A stretch of 64,000 bases of DNA from Balanoglossus misakiensis (lineage: Eukaryota > Animalia > Hemichordata). Within the stretch, counting starts at the first letter, position 1. Every line of letters starts with the position of its first letter. The stretch is from assembly GCA_040954595.2 (NCBI GenBank), contig CM082583.2, positions 8,542,254 to 8,606,253 on the forward strand. Reading direction: 5' to 3'. The notes beneath the pieces are model-generated. The model ran no database searches. It was not told the DNA's origin and saw only the letters and a program-made list of their open reading frames with translations. Positions 1-12,255 of the stretch are shown piece by piece. Made by a program: the position numbers and the translations under genes.

Positions 1-161
1 AAATTATAAAGTCGTGTACATGGAATGATGAAACACACAAGGTTTTGGTCCCCTGACATGCAGCGGCCAGAAATATACATCTGCATATCATCTTTTTTTG
101 TGTTTTGATAATTTTTTACGGTCTCATGTGGAGGTCTCACTACTACCTTTAGGCGTCTTAC

Positions 162-1523
162 GTGGTAAGAAACTGAAGTTTGAGAGAGAGGACGCTGGAG
201 ACACACTGGTGCAGGTCGCGCAGGATGATGACAGTTGACCCGTTGCTTGGCAACCTACGCATCCCAGCCCGTCAGGAAAACTAGACGGCTCAATCCGCAC
301 AAAGTCAGAGTCTGAACTGCTGCTGTCCTCGCTGAGGTGCTTGGGAATCAGGGTGAGGGGTAGTCTGTATGTCATGCCAACAGCACCTGAAGAAAATATT
401 TTTAAAAGTTAGTAATTTCCAGAGTTGCTAAAAATGACACTAAATTGTACACAGCTTCTTAAAGAATACATAACTGGAACTGCTTTGGCAAGCGGCCTCA
501 AATTTTATTTGCACTGCAGATGAGACATGATAATCACATGACAGAGTTTTGTATGATTTACCTTCCAGGGTTTCGTCGAAGTGGTTTGCCTCTTCACTCA
601 ACATGCACGGCGGAACTTCTTCAACATGTCTGAGGTCACCATTACCATCGACTTCATCATCGCCAATAATCACTGTTTCAGTCGATTCCGCTATTTCTCT
701 GCATTCAATGCGGTCTTTGTCTCCCTCGGCAACCGTGGTTTCATCCTCCTCCTCCTCCTCCTCTTCCCCCACAGTGAGAACCTCTACCTCCTCTTCAGGG
801 ACTTCCACATCAATGGTTTTCGACTCCACGTAATCCACAGTAGCGGTCTCCTCGGCCGGCATTTCAAAATATTTGATGGGCTGCTTCACAGCGGTCACTT
901 CAGAATCATCAGCACGCGCGACTTCAGTCCCAGTGTCCAGAGTTGAGATTCCATCACCTGTCGACTGCGACGTTTGTTCGAGGTGTGAAGTGTTTGAATG
1001 CTCTTCAAGACTGTCGATGTCATCATCGTCATGATCTTTACTGTGCTTGCGGTATTCTACGGCGCCGGTCTCCGCCTCCAGAGTGACAAAATCTGAGGAT
1101 GCAGAGTCACTGTCAACACCCTGTAAATACAAAACAGTGCATGTGGTTATCACTTTGCAAACCTAACACAAATGATACAATTGATATTTGTAAACTGCAG
1201 GAGTGTTTTCCTGAAATTTTCTAGGAAAAAAATTGTGACAAATAAAGACAAAAATTGCCTGGAAGAGAACAATTCTGCTATTTTTGTCATAATTTCTTGC
1301 CATGAAATGTCCAGAATTTGTGTGATGCAATCATGATCATAAGTGTTAATGCAAATGGGACAGTGACACTTCACTGTCCACATGGCAACACTGACAAGAG
1401 GCCACGTGGCAACACTGGAGCAAGACCAAACACCATCTAATTCCTTACCTGAATCTTGCCATCTTCATCCACCAAAGTCCAATCGGTTAGTGACTGCTCA
1501 CTATCACTGGAATTTGCTGACAT
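162..1523 (-). CDS. CCPG1: CCPG1/PBXIP1-like protein (putative ER-phagy receptor), N-terminal coding exons; gene continues beyond the left edge of the window
   Basis: Phase-compatible GT-AG exons 1523-1449 (MSANSSDSEQSLTDWTLVDEDGKIQ), 1120-562 (GVDSDSASSDFVTLE...acidic) and 386-~162 (..SSSSDSDFVRIEP..SSLSNFSFLP). These resemble human CCPG1 as I recall it (MSENSSDSDSSCGWTVI..., SDDSDIVTLEPP, SSSSSQYTF). The transmembrane part is not in the window. Confidence 0.7.
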
Positions 1524-3155
1524 GATGGGTCATTGGAATAATCTTCCACTCAAAAACTGTTTACCTGTACAACACAAACAAGGCTAGTACAGTGAAACCT
1601 AGGTACAAATGAACGATTGGATGTTGGCTGCTCTATAATTGTCTAGAGTGAAAAAAACAATATAATTTGTATAATTTAGTACAAAAACAATAGATCATAC
1701 TCAAACCTCTTTTAAACGGTTTTAGGGGGATATCTATTTACAAGGCCTGCTACAAGAGTTTACCGATCTTTGGTTGAGTGGGATATAAAGGAAATGTTTT
1801 CTGTTGTTATCTCACTGTGTTCGGATTAAAATTGAGGTCATAGGTTGACTGTTCTCCTTTTTGGATTAAAGTGAGGTCAAGGGTTGACCATTCTGTTAAT
1901 TTGGTCAACCGATACTGGGCAGAAAATAACTGAACTGAAATATGCCCCTGAAAAGATCAATGCCATTGTTTACCTCATAAAATTCTTTCTGTTGTCACCA
2001 GTCAGAGTAAATAACACCACAAGTTATAAACAAGTCAACTGGGAGACTAAAGATGCCAGCACCTATTTGGGTACAGTACGTTTATCAAAGGGGTTTTATA
2101 TGAATTGATCTGATGTTTTTGTACTGTTGAACAACTAGTTTCTTGTTCTAAATGTCATGTTTAAACATTGTCAACAACATTTATGTATAAAGTACACGTA
2201 ATGTCATTGTTGACACTGGGTAATTTTAGTCTAGACTAAAATTCAATATCAGTATCAACAATAACAGTGCTGGTTCATGAGTGGAATGCTTGGCATATCA
2301 ATGTGTTGTAAAAGGATGTTGTTGTTATACATTTACTGTTTGTGTCCCTTTAAATCGACCATGCCACACATAGTATTAAGGGATTCATTTCGTTTTCCTT
2401 GTTCATCCCGTGACACATTTTCAACAGCTATGCTTTGCTTCATACGCTGGTTTGATATAATGATAAAACCCTCCAGAAATGGGGGTATGTGAATATTGCA
2501 ATGGTGACAGACAATTGTTATTCATATCACCTGTGACCTGGTAAATAGGTGCAGTATTCGACCTTGGCCCACTATGGTTCCTACAGGAACTCAACATTAC
2601 TTTACATGTATGTGTATAAAAAAAAAAAAAAACTCGGGAATATATTAAATTAAAAACTCAGAGAGAAATGTCCATGATCAAAAATTAAAGGCCCCGCCCA
2701 TTGCGGATGACCTAGAAGCAATGCGCGTATGATAACATCGTTTCCATTTCAGGTGATATGAAATGAACAAACAGTAACACAGGTCCTGTATGGTTTGTTA
2801 TTATTTCATGGCATGATACACTGGAAGGTCGTTTACGGCGTCGTGTTTACGAAATTCAACGTAGCTGTTACATAGAAACGTCACATGAAGTCTGAATCCT
2901 ACGTTTTCTAGAAGAACGCAGTCAAATTTTGTTCAGACGGTGCACATTCAAACAGAAATTCAACCTGCGTGCGCCCACGGACGTAAATATAAACAAACCC
3001 GACCGCCATTACGTCGAATCAAGGGTTTTCGCGCAGCACTTTATTTCCCAGGGCTGTCATCACAAAATGTTCCGAAAATCGAAATCTCTGCCTGCTGGAG
3101 CTTCTTAAATAACATTACACTCCAGTTTATATTGCTAGAAATCTCGCCCACTTAC

Positions 3156-3310
3156 CTCATCAGTCACACACAGTCCGTTTCTTCTCTGCTGGTCACTTCA
3201 AAGTCACCTATCGTATATGGAGCTATTTTGGGAAATCCTCTGACGTCATCGGTCACATGCATCTTCTGACCACCAATGAGATGTCTCACATTTCGACCAA
3301 TAGCGATAGA
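3156..3310 (-). promoter_or_regulatory. Probable non-coding first exon and proximal promoter of the CCPG1-like gene
   Basis: Strong minus-strand donor GAG|GTAAGT at 3156/3155 pairs with the acceptor at 1565 upstream of the ATG. CpG-rich region with CRE TGACGTCA (3241-3248), E-box GTCACATG (3252-3259) and two CCAAT boxes (~3273, ~3297). Confidence 0.55.
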
Positions 3311-3483
3311 ACTCGTCGCCGTACACTGAGGTTCACGACTTAGACGTGAAGGAACTTTACGTATTGGTTTATAAAGTATAAACTGGAAACGCCAAAAAGA
3401 AAGTTGACCTCACAGACCTTCGTACATGTATTATTGTTGGAAAATTTGTATTTGATATGTAGAATTTATGACTTGCCTATTCA

Positions 3484-3535
3484 ATAATGAATCATGATAG
3501 TACTGTACATGTACGACCATCAGGCGATTCCTGCT
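3484..3535. repeat. 52-bp segment duplicated in inverted orientation at 11677-11728
   Basis: The reverse complement of ATAATGAATCATGATAGTACTGTACATGTACGACCATCAGGCGATTCCTGCT matches 11677-11728 with one mismatch. Confidence 0.92.
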
Positions 3536-3699
3536 TTCAATCTACATGTATAGCAATTTAAAAAATAGCAATTAAAATATGATCACTGGTCAAGTTGGGT
3601 TGTCCAAATGTGTATTTTTTCCTGAGAAGTGAACATTTATACACTTGGGTTGTCAATTACCATATTGAATAGGAATGGGGAATAAGATCATTGTAATGT

Positions 3700-6600
3700 C
3701 GCTGCGGTGCAAATAAGAGTTCCCTGCACCGCAACGATCTGACCGTTCTTTATTCACTCCTCGGCGACAAAACGTTTTATTACGGCCCAAATAATGACTT
3801 ATTCGCTCCTTGGTTGGTCATGCGGACGGAAAGACACGGTTTTAGCGAGTTTATCTTTCTCTTTCCTGAGCACTACGTATTCAGACTTGCCCAAGTGAAC
3901 CGCGACAAAAAAAATGACCAAGTTTCCCTGCATGTTTCTTATACCCGACAGATAAAAAACGCAGCGTAGATATTGAAATGAATTGGATTTATGAAATGAT
4001 AAAAATTACAATGATAATGTCGTTAAAAGTTCTCACCAAAAAAAAGAAATAGAAAAAAAAGTGGTCTCGAACCAACATCAGTTGACACCTTCAGGTAAAA
4101 AGTCAAGCCTTCCTGAACCCTTGGCCATCACGATGTGTACTCGAAAACGTCGGAAATTTACCGCACTATATTGCAGCATAACTACAATGATCTTATTTGC
4201 ACCGCAGTGGTGCGAGCTCTTATTTGCACCGCAGCGGTGCAAATAAGAGTTCGCACCGCTGCGGTGCAAATAAGAGTTCCCTGCACCGCAACGATCTGAC
4301 CGTTCTTTATTCACTCCTCGGCGACAAAAACGTTTTATTACGGCCCAAATAATGACTTATTCGCTCCTTGGTTGGTCATGCGGACGGAAAGACACGGTTT
4401 TAGCGAGTTTATCTTTCTCTTTCCTGAGCACTACGTATTCAGACTTGCCCAAGTGAACCGCGACAAAAAAATGACCAAGTTTCCCTGCATGTTTCTTATA
4501 CCCGACAGATAAAAAACGCAGCGTAGATATTGAAATGAATTGGATTTATGAAATGATAAAAATTACAATGATAATGTCGTTAAAAGTTCTCACCAAAAAA
4601 AAGAAATAGAAAAAAAAGTGGTCTCGAACCAACATCAGTTGACACCTTCAGGTAAAAAGTCAAGCCTTCCTGAACCCTTGGCCATCACGATGTGTACTCG
4701 AAAACGTCGGAAATTTACCGCACTATATTGCAGCATAACTACAATGATCTTATTTGCACCGCAGTGGTGCGAGCTCTTATTTGCACCGCAGCGGTGCAAA
4801 TAAGAGTTCGCACCGCTGCGGTGCAAATAAGAGTTCCCTGCACCGCAACGATCTGACCGTTCTTTATTCACTCCTCGGCGACAAAAACGTTTTATTACGG
4901 CCCAAATAAAGACTTATTCGCTCCTTGGTTGGTCATGCGGACGGAAAGACACGGTTTTAGCGAGTTTATCTTTCTCTTTCCTGAGCACTACGTATTCAGA
5001 CTTGCCCAAGTGAACCGCGACAAAAAAAATGACCAAGTTTCCCTGCATGTTTCTTATACCCGACAGATAAAAAACGCAGCGTAGATATTGAAATGAATTG
5101 GATTTATGAAATGATAAAAATTACAATGATAATGTCGTTAAAAGTTCTCACCAAAAAAAAGAAATAGAAAAAAAAGTGGTCTCGAACCAACATCAGTTGA
5201 CACCTTCAGGTAAAAAGTCAAGCCTTCCTGAACCCTTGGCCATCACGATGTGTACTCGAAAACATCGGAAATTTACCGCACTATATTGCAGCATAACTAC
5301 AATGATCTTATTTGCACCGCAGTGGTGCGAGCTCTTATTTGCACCGCAGCGGTGCAAATAAGAGTTCGCACCGCTGCGGTGCAAATAAGAGTTCCCTGCA
5401 CCGCAACGATCTGACCGTTCTTTATTCACTTCTCGGCGACAAAAACGTTTTATTACGGCCCAAATAATGACTTATTCGCTCCTTGGTTGGTCATGCGGAC
5501 GGAAAGACACGGTTTTAGCGAGTTTATCTTTCTCTTTCCTGAGCACTACGTATTCAGACTTGCCCAAGTGAACCGCGACAAAAAAAATGACCAAGTTTCC
5601 CTGCATGTTTCTTATACCCGACAGATAAAAAACGCAGCGTAGATATTGAAATGAATTGGATTTATGAAATGATAAAAATTACAATGATAATGTCGTTAAA
5701 AGTTCTCACCAAAAAAAAAAATAGAAAAAAAAGTGGTCTCGAACCAACATCAGTTGACACCTTCAGGTAAAAAGTCAAGCCTTCCTGAACCCTTGGCCAT
5801 CACGATGTGTACTCGAAAACGTCGGAAATTTACCGCACTATATTGCAGCATAACTACAATGATCTTATTTGCACCGCAGTGGTGCGAGCTCTTATTTGCA
5901 CCGCAGCGGTGCAAATAAGAGTTCGCACCGCTGCGGTGCAAATAAGAGTTCCCTGCACCGCAACGATCTGACCGTTCTTTATTCACTCCTCGGCGACAAA
6001 AACGTTTTATTACGGCCCAAATAATGACTTATTCGCTCCTTGGTTGGTCATGCGGACGGAAAGACACGGTTTTAGCGAGTTTATCTTTCTCTTTCCTGTG
6101 CACTACGAATTCAGACTTGCCCAAGTGAACCGCGACAAAAAAAATGACCAAATTTCCCTGCATGTTTCTTATACCCGACAGATGAAAAACGCAGCGTAGA
6201 TATTGAAATGAATTGGATTTATGAAATGATAAAAATTACAATGATAATGTCGTTAAAAGTTCTCACCAAAAAAAAGAAATAGAAAAAAAGTGGTCTCGAA
6301 CCAACATCAGTTGACACCTTCAGGTAAAAAGTCAAGCCTTCCTGAACCCTTGGCCATCACGATGTGTACTCGAAAACGTCGGAAATTTACCGCACTATAT
6401 TGCAGCATAACTACAATGATCTTATTTGCACCGCAGTGGTGCGAGCTCTTATTTGCACCGCAGCGGTGCAAATAAGAGTTCGCACCGCTGCGGTGCAAAT
6501 AAGAGTTCCCTGCACCGCAACGATCTGACCGTTCTTTATTCACTCCTCGGCGACAAAAACGTTTTATTACGGCCCAAATAATGACTTATTCGCTCCTTGG

Positions 6601-9600
6601 TTGGTCATGCGGACGGAAAGACACGGTTTTAGCGAGTTTATCTTTCTCTTTCCTGAGCACTACGTATTCAGACTTGCCCAAGTGAACAACGACAAAAAAA
6701 ATGACCAAGTTTCCCTGCATGTTTCTTATACCCGACAGATAAAAAACGCAGCGTAGATATTGAAATGAATTGGATTTATGAAATGATAAAAATTACAATG
6801 ATAATGTCGTTAAAAGTTCTCACCAAAAAAAAAGAAATAGAAAAAAAAGTGGTCTCGAACCAACATCAGTTGACACCTTCAGGTAAAAAGTCAAGCCTTC
6901 CTGAACCCTTGGCCATCACGATGTGTACTCGAAAACGTCGGAAATTTACCGCACTATATTGCAGCATAACTACAATGATCTTATTTGCACCGCAGTGGTG
7001 CGAGCTCTTATTTGCACCGCAGCGGTGCAAATAAGAGTTCGCACCGCTGCGGTGCAAATAAGAGTTCCCTGCACCGCAACGATCTGACCGTTCTTTATTC
7101 ACTCCTCGGCGACAAAAACGTTTTATTACGGCCCAAATAATGACTTATTCGCTCCTTGGTTGGTCATGCGGACGGAAAGACACGGTTTTAGCGAGTTTAT
7201 CTTTCTCTTTCCTGAGCACTACGAATTCAGACTTGCCCAAGTGAACCGCGACAAAAAAAATGACCAAATTTCCCTGCATGTTTCTTATACCCGACAGATG
7301 AAAAACGCAGCGTAGATATTGAAATGAATTGGATTTATGAAATGATAAAAATTACAATGATAATGTCGTTAAAAGTTCTCACCAAAAAAAAGAAATAGAA
7401 AAAAAGTGGTCTCGAACCAACATCAGTTGACACCTTCAGGTAAAAAGTCAAGCCTTCCTGAACCATTGGCCATCACGATGTGTACTCGAAAACGTCGGAA
7501 ATTTACCGCACTATATTGCAGCATAACTACAATGATCTTATTTGCACCGCAGTGGTGCGAGCTCGTATTTGCACCGCAGCGGTGCAAATAAGAGTTCGCA
7601 CCGCTGCGGTGCAAATAAGAGTTCCCTGCACCGCAACGATCTGACCGTTCTTTATTCACTCCTCGGCGACAAAATCGTTTTATTACGGCCCAAATAATGA
7701 CTTATTCGCTCCTTGGTTGGTCATGCGGACGGAAAGACACGGTTTTAGCGAGTTTATCTTTCTCTTTCCTGAGCACTACGTATTCAGACTTGCCCAAGTG
7801 AACCGCGACAAAAAAAATGACCAAGTTTCCCTGCATGTTTCTTATACCCGACAGATGAAAAACGCAGCGTAGATATAGAAATGAATTGGATTTATGAAAT
7901 GATAAAAATTACAATGATAATGTCGTTAAAAGTTCTCACCAAAAAAAAGAAATAGAAAAAAAGTGGTCTCGAACCAACATCAGTTGACACCTTCAGGTAA
8001 AAAGTCAAGCCTTCCTGAACCCTTGGCCATCACGATGTGTACTCGAAAACGTCGGAAATTTACCGCACTATATTGCAGCATAACTACAATGATCTTATTT
8101 GCACCGCAGTGGTGCGAGCTCTTATTTGCACCGCAGCGGTGCAAATAAGAGTTCGCACCGCTGCGGTGCAAATAAGAGTTCCCTGCACCGCAACGATCTG
8201 ACCGTTCTTTATTCACTCCTCGGCGACAAAAACGTTTTATTACGGCCCAAATAATGACTTATTCGCTCCTTGGTTGGTCATGCGGACGGAAAGACACGGT
8301 TTTAGCGAGTTTATCTTTCTCTTTCCTGAGCACTACGTATTCAGACTTGCCCAAGTGAACAACGACAAAAAAAATGACCAAGTTTCCCTGCATGTTTCTT
8401 ATACCCGACAGATAAAAAACGCAGCGTAGATATTGAAATGAATTGGATTTATGAAATGATAAAAATTACAATGATAATGTCGTTAAAAGTTCTCACCAAA
8501 AAAAAAGAAATAGAAAAAAAAGTGGTCTCGAACCAACATCACTTGACACCTTCAGGTAAAAAAGTCAAGCCTTCCTGAACCCTTGGCCATCACGATGTGT
8601 ACTCGAAAACGTCGGAAATTTACCGCACTATATTGCAGCATAACTACAATGATCTTATTTGCACCGCAGTGGTGCGAGCTCTTATTTGCACCGCAGCGGT
8701 GCAAATAAGAGTTCGCACCGCTGCGGTGCAAATAAGAGTTCCCTGCACCGCAACGATCTGACCGTTCTTTATTCACTCCTCGGCGACAAAAACGTTTTAT
8801 TACGGCCCAAATAATGACTTATTCGCTCCTTGGTTGGTCATGCGGACGGAAAGACACGGTTTTAGCGAGTTTATCTTTCTCTTTCCTGAGCACTACGTAT
8901 TCAGACTTGCCCAAGTGAACAACGACAAAAAAATGACCAAGTTTCCCTGCATGTTTCTTATACCCGACAGATAAAAAACGCAGCGTAGATATTGAAATGA
9001 ATTGGATTTATGAAATGATAAAAATTACAATGATAATGTCGTTAAGAGTTCTCACCAAAAAAAAAGAAATAGAAAAAAAAGTGGTCTCGAACCAACATCA
9101 CTTGACACCTTCAGGTAAAAAAGTCAAGCCTTCCTGAACCCTTGGCCATCACGATGTGTACTCGAAAACGTCGGAAATTTACCGCACTATATTGCAGCAT
9201 AACTACAATGATCTTATTTGCACCGCAGTGGTGCGAGCTCTTATTTGCACCGCAGCGGTGCAAATAAGAGTTCGCACCGCTGCGGTGCAAATAAGAGTTC
9301 CCTGCACCGCAACGATCTGACCGTTCTTTATTCACTCCTCGGCGACAAAAACGTTTTATTACGGCCCAAATAATGACTTATTCGCTCCTTGGTTGGTCAT
9401 GCGGACGGAAAGACACGGTTTTAGCGAGTTTATCTTTCTCTTTCCTGAGCACTACGTATTCAGACTTGCCCAGTGAACCGCGACAAAAAAAATGACCAAG
9501 TTTCCCTGCATGTTTCTTATACCCGACAGATAAAAAACGCAGCGTAGATATTGAAATGAATTGGATTTATGAAATGATAAAAATTACAATGATAATGTCG

Positions 9601-11680
9601 TTAAAAGTTCTCACCAAAAAAAAGAAATAGATAAAAAAGTGGTCTCGAACCAACATCAGTTGACACCTTCAGGTAAAAAGTCAAGCCTTCCTGAACCCTT
9701 AGCCATCACGATGTGTACTCGAAAACGTCGGAAATTTTCCGCACTATATTGCAGCATAACTACAATGATCTTATTTGCACCGCAGTGGTGCGAGCTCTTA
9801 TTTGCACCGCAGCGGTGCAAATAAGAGTTCGCACCGCTGCGGTGCAAATAAGAGTTCCCTGCACCGCAACGATCTGACCGTTCTTTATTCACTCCTCGGC
9901 GACAAAAACGTTTTATTACGGCCCAAATAATGACTTATTCGCTCCTTGGTTGGTCATGCGGACGGAAAGACACGGTTTTAGCGAGTTTATCTTTCTCTTT
10001 CCTGAGCACTACGTATTCAGACTTGCCCAAGTGAACCGCGACAAAAAAAATGACCAAGTTTCCCTGCATGTTTCTTATACCCGACAGATTAAAAACGCAG
10101 CGTAGATATTGAAATGAATTGGATTTATGAAATGATAAAAATTACAATGATAATGTCGTTAAAAGTTCTCACCAAAAAAAAGAAATAGATAAAAAAGTGG
10201 TCTCGAACCAACATCAGTTGACACCTTCAGGTAAAAAGTCAAGCCTTCCTGAACCCTTGGCCATCACGATGTGTACTCGAAAACGTCGGAAATTTTCCGC
10301 ACTATATTGCAGCATAACTACAATGATCTTATTTGCACCGCAGTGGTGCGAGCTCTTATTTGCACCGCAGCGGTGCAAATAAGAGTTCGCACCGCTGCGG
10401 TGCAAATAAGAGTTCCCTGCACCGCAACGATCTGACCGTTCTATATTCACTCCTCGGCGACAAAAACGTTTTATTACGGCCCAAATAATGACTTATTCGC
10501 TCCTTGGTTGGTCATGCGGACGGAAAGACACGGTTTTAGCGAGTTTATCTTTCTCTTTCCTGAGCACTACGTATTCAGACTTGCCCAGTGAACCGCGACA
10601 AAAAAAATGACCAAGTTTCCCTGCATGTTTCTTATACCCGACAGATTAAAAACGCAGCGTAGATATTGAAATGAATTGGATTTATGAAATGATAAAAATT
10701 ACAATGATAATGTCGTTAAAAGTTCTCACCAAAAAAAAGAAATAGATAAAAAAGTGGTCTCGAACCAACATCAGTTGACACCTTCAGGTAAAAAGTCAAG
10801 CCTTCCTGAACCCTTAGCCATCACGATGTGTACTCGAAAACGTCGGAAATTTTCCGCACTATATTGCAGCATAACTACAATGATCTTATTTGCACCGCAG
10901 TGGTGCGAGCTCTTATTTGCACCGCAGCGGTGCAAATAAGAGTTCGCACCGCTGCGGTGCAAATAAGAGTTCCCTGCACCGCAACGATCTGACCGTTCTA
11001 TATTCACTCCTCGGCGACAAAAACGTTTTATTACGGCCCAAATAATGACTTATTCGCTCCTTGGTTGGTCATGCGGACGGAAAGACACGGTTTTAGCGAG
11101 TTTATCTTTCTCTTTCCTGAGCACTACGTATTCAGACTTGCCCAAGTGAACCGCGACAAAAAAAATGACCAAGTTTCCCTGCATGTTTCTTATACCCGAC
11201 AGATGAAAAACGCAGCGTAGATATAGAAATGAATTGGATTTATGAAATGATAAAAATTACAATGATAATGTCGTTAAAAGTTCTCACCAAAAAAAAGAAA
11301 TAGAAAAAAAGTGGTCTCGAACCAACATCAGTTGACACCTTCAGGTAAAAAGTCAAGCCTTCCTGAACCCTTGGCCATCACGATGTGTACTCGAAAACGT
11401 CGGAAATTTACCGCACTATATTGCAGCATAACTACAATGATCTTATTTGCACCGCAGTGGTGCGAGCTCTTATTTGCACCGCAGCGGTGCAAATAAGAGT
11501 TCGCACCGCTGCGGTGCAAATAAGAGTTCCCTGCACCGCAACGATTTGACCGTTCTTTATTCACTCCTCGGCGACAAAAACGTTTTATTACGGCCCAAAT
11601 AATGACTTATTCGCTCCTTGGTTGGTCATGCGGACGGAAAGACACGGTTTTAGCGAGTTTATCTTTCTCTTTCCTGAGCA
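3700..11680. repeat. Tandem array (satellite) of ~14.3 near-identical 557-559-bp units, each with a ~85-bp nested palindrome
   Basis: Periodicity is directly visible (GTGGTCTCGAACC at 4061, 4618, 5176, 5733, 6290, 6849, 7406, 7963, 8522, 9081, 9639, 10197, 10754, 11311). Units differ only by scattered SNPs and homopolymer lengths. Confidence 0.98.
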
Positions 11681-11728
11681 GGAATCGTCTGATGGTCGTA
11701 CATGTACAGTACTATCATGATTCATTAT

Positions 11729-11958
11729 AATATAAATATCTGACTTTTTTGAGTACACATCGTGATGGCGAAAGGTTCAGGAAGGCTTGACTTTTACCTG
11801 AAGGTGTCAACTGATCTTGGTACGAGACCATTTTTTTCTATTTCTTTTTTTGTGTGAGAAGTTTCAACGACATTATCATTGTAATTTTTATCATTTTCAT
11901 AAATCCAATTCATTTCAATATCTACGCTGCGTTTTTTATCTGTCGGGTATAAGAAACA
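11729..11958 (-). repeat. Older, diverged partial copy of the array unit in inverted orientation; its other piece lies at 3681-3705
   Basis: Reverse complement of the unit segment TGTTTCTTATACCCGACAG...GATGTGTACTC...ATATT, with roughly ten differences over 11751-11958 and an 8-nt deletion near 11733. Confidence 0.9.
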
Positions 11959-12255
11959 CTCCGCCTAATGAAGTTCAAGAGCTTCTACAAGTGGCACTAG
12001 CAAATTTATTCGTTTGGAAGTGTTCTCAAGGCTCAACACAACACCACACCAGAAAATAACATTTTTGCAACCTTGACAAGGGTGTTTAATGAAGCATGGC
12101 GAGTCTCAAATATTAAATATATTACAAATCATAATATATACAATTTAAAATATTAAAATTAAATAAAATTTCCAAACCATAATAAGTGTCGACGACTTGT
12201 ACAGTTGAATAGAATACGGTATATTCGGACGCGAATATAAACGAAACGAAATAGT

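Noticed and set aside
4061-11564. Repeated 61-aa and 78-aa ORFs as a tandem gene family
   Set aside because: They are by-products of the satellite: they overlap on both strands, the YLHRxGAN repeats derive from the DNA palindrome, and units at ~8560 and ~9120 are frameshifted.
3700-11680. CRISPR-like array, or 5S/snRNA/spliced-leader gene array
   Set aside because: There are no variable spacers and the context is eukaryotic. I recognised no 5S, U-snRNA, tRNA or SL-RNA sequence in the unit; an Rfam scan would be needed to exclude this fully.
3484-11728. 52-bp inverted repeats as TIRs of an 8.2-kb transposon
   Set aside because: No TSD is visible, and the right copy sits with 4-nt microhomology precisely inside a split older repeat, which fits a templated insertion better.
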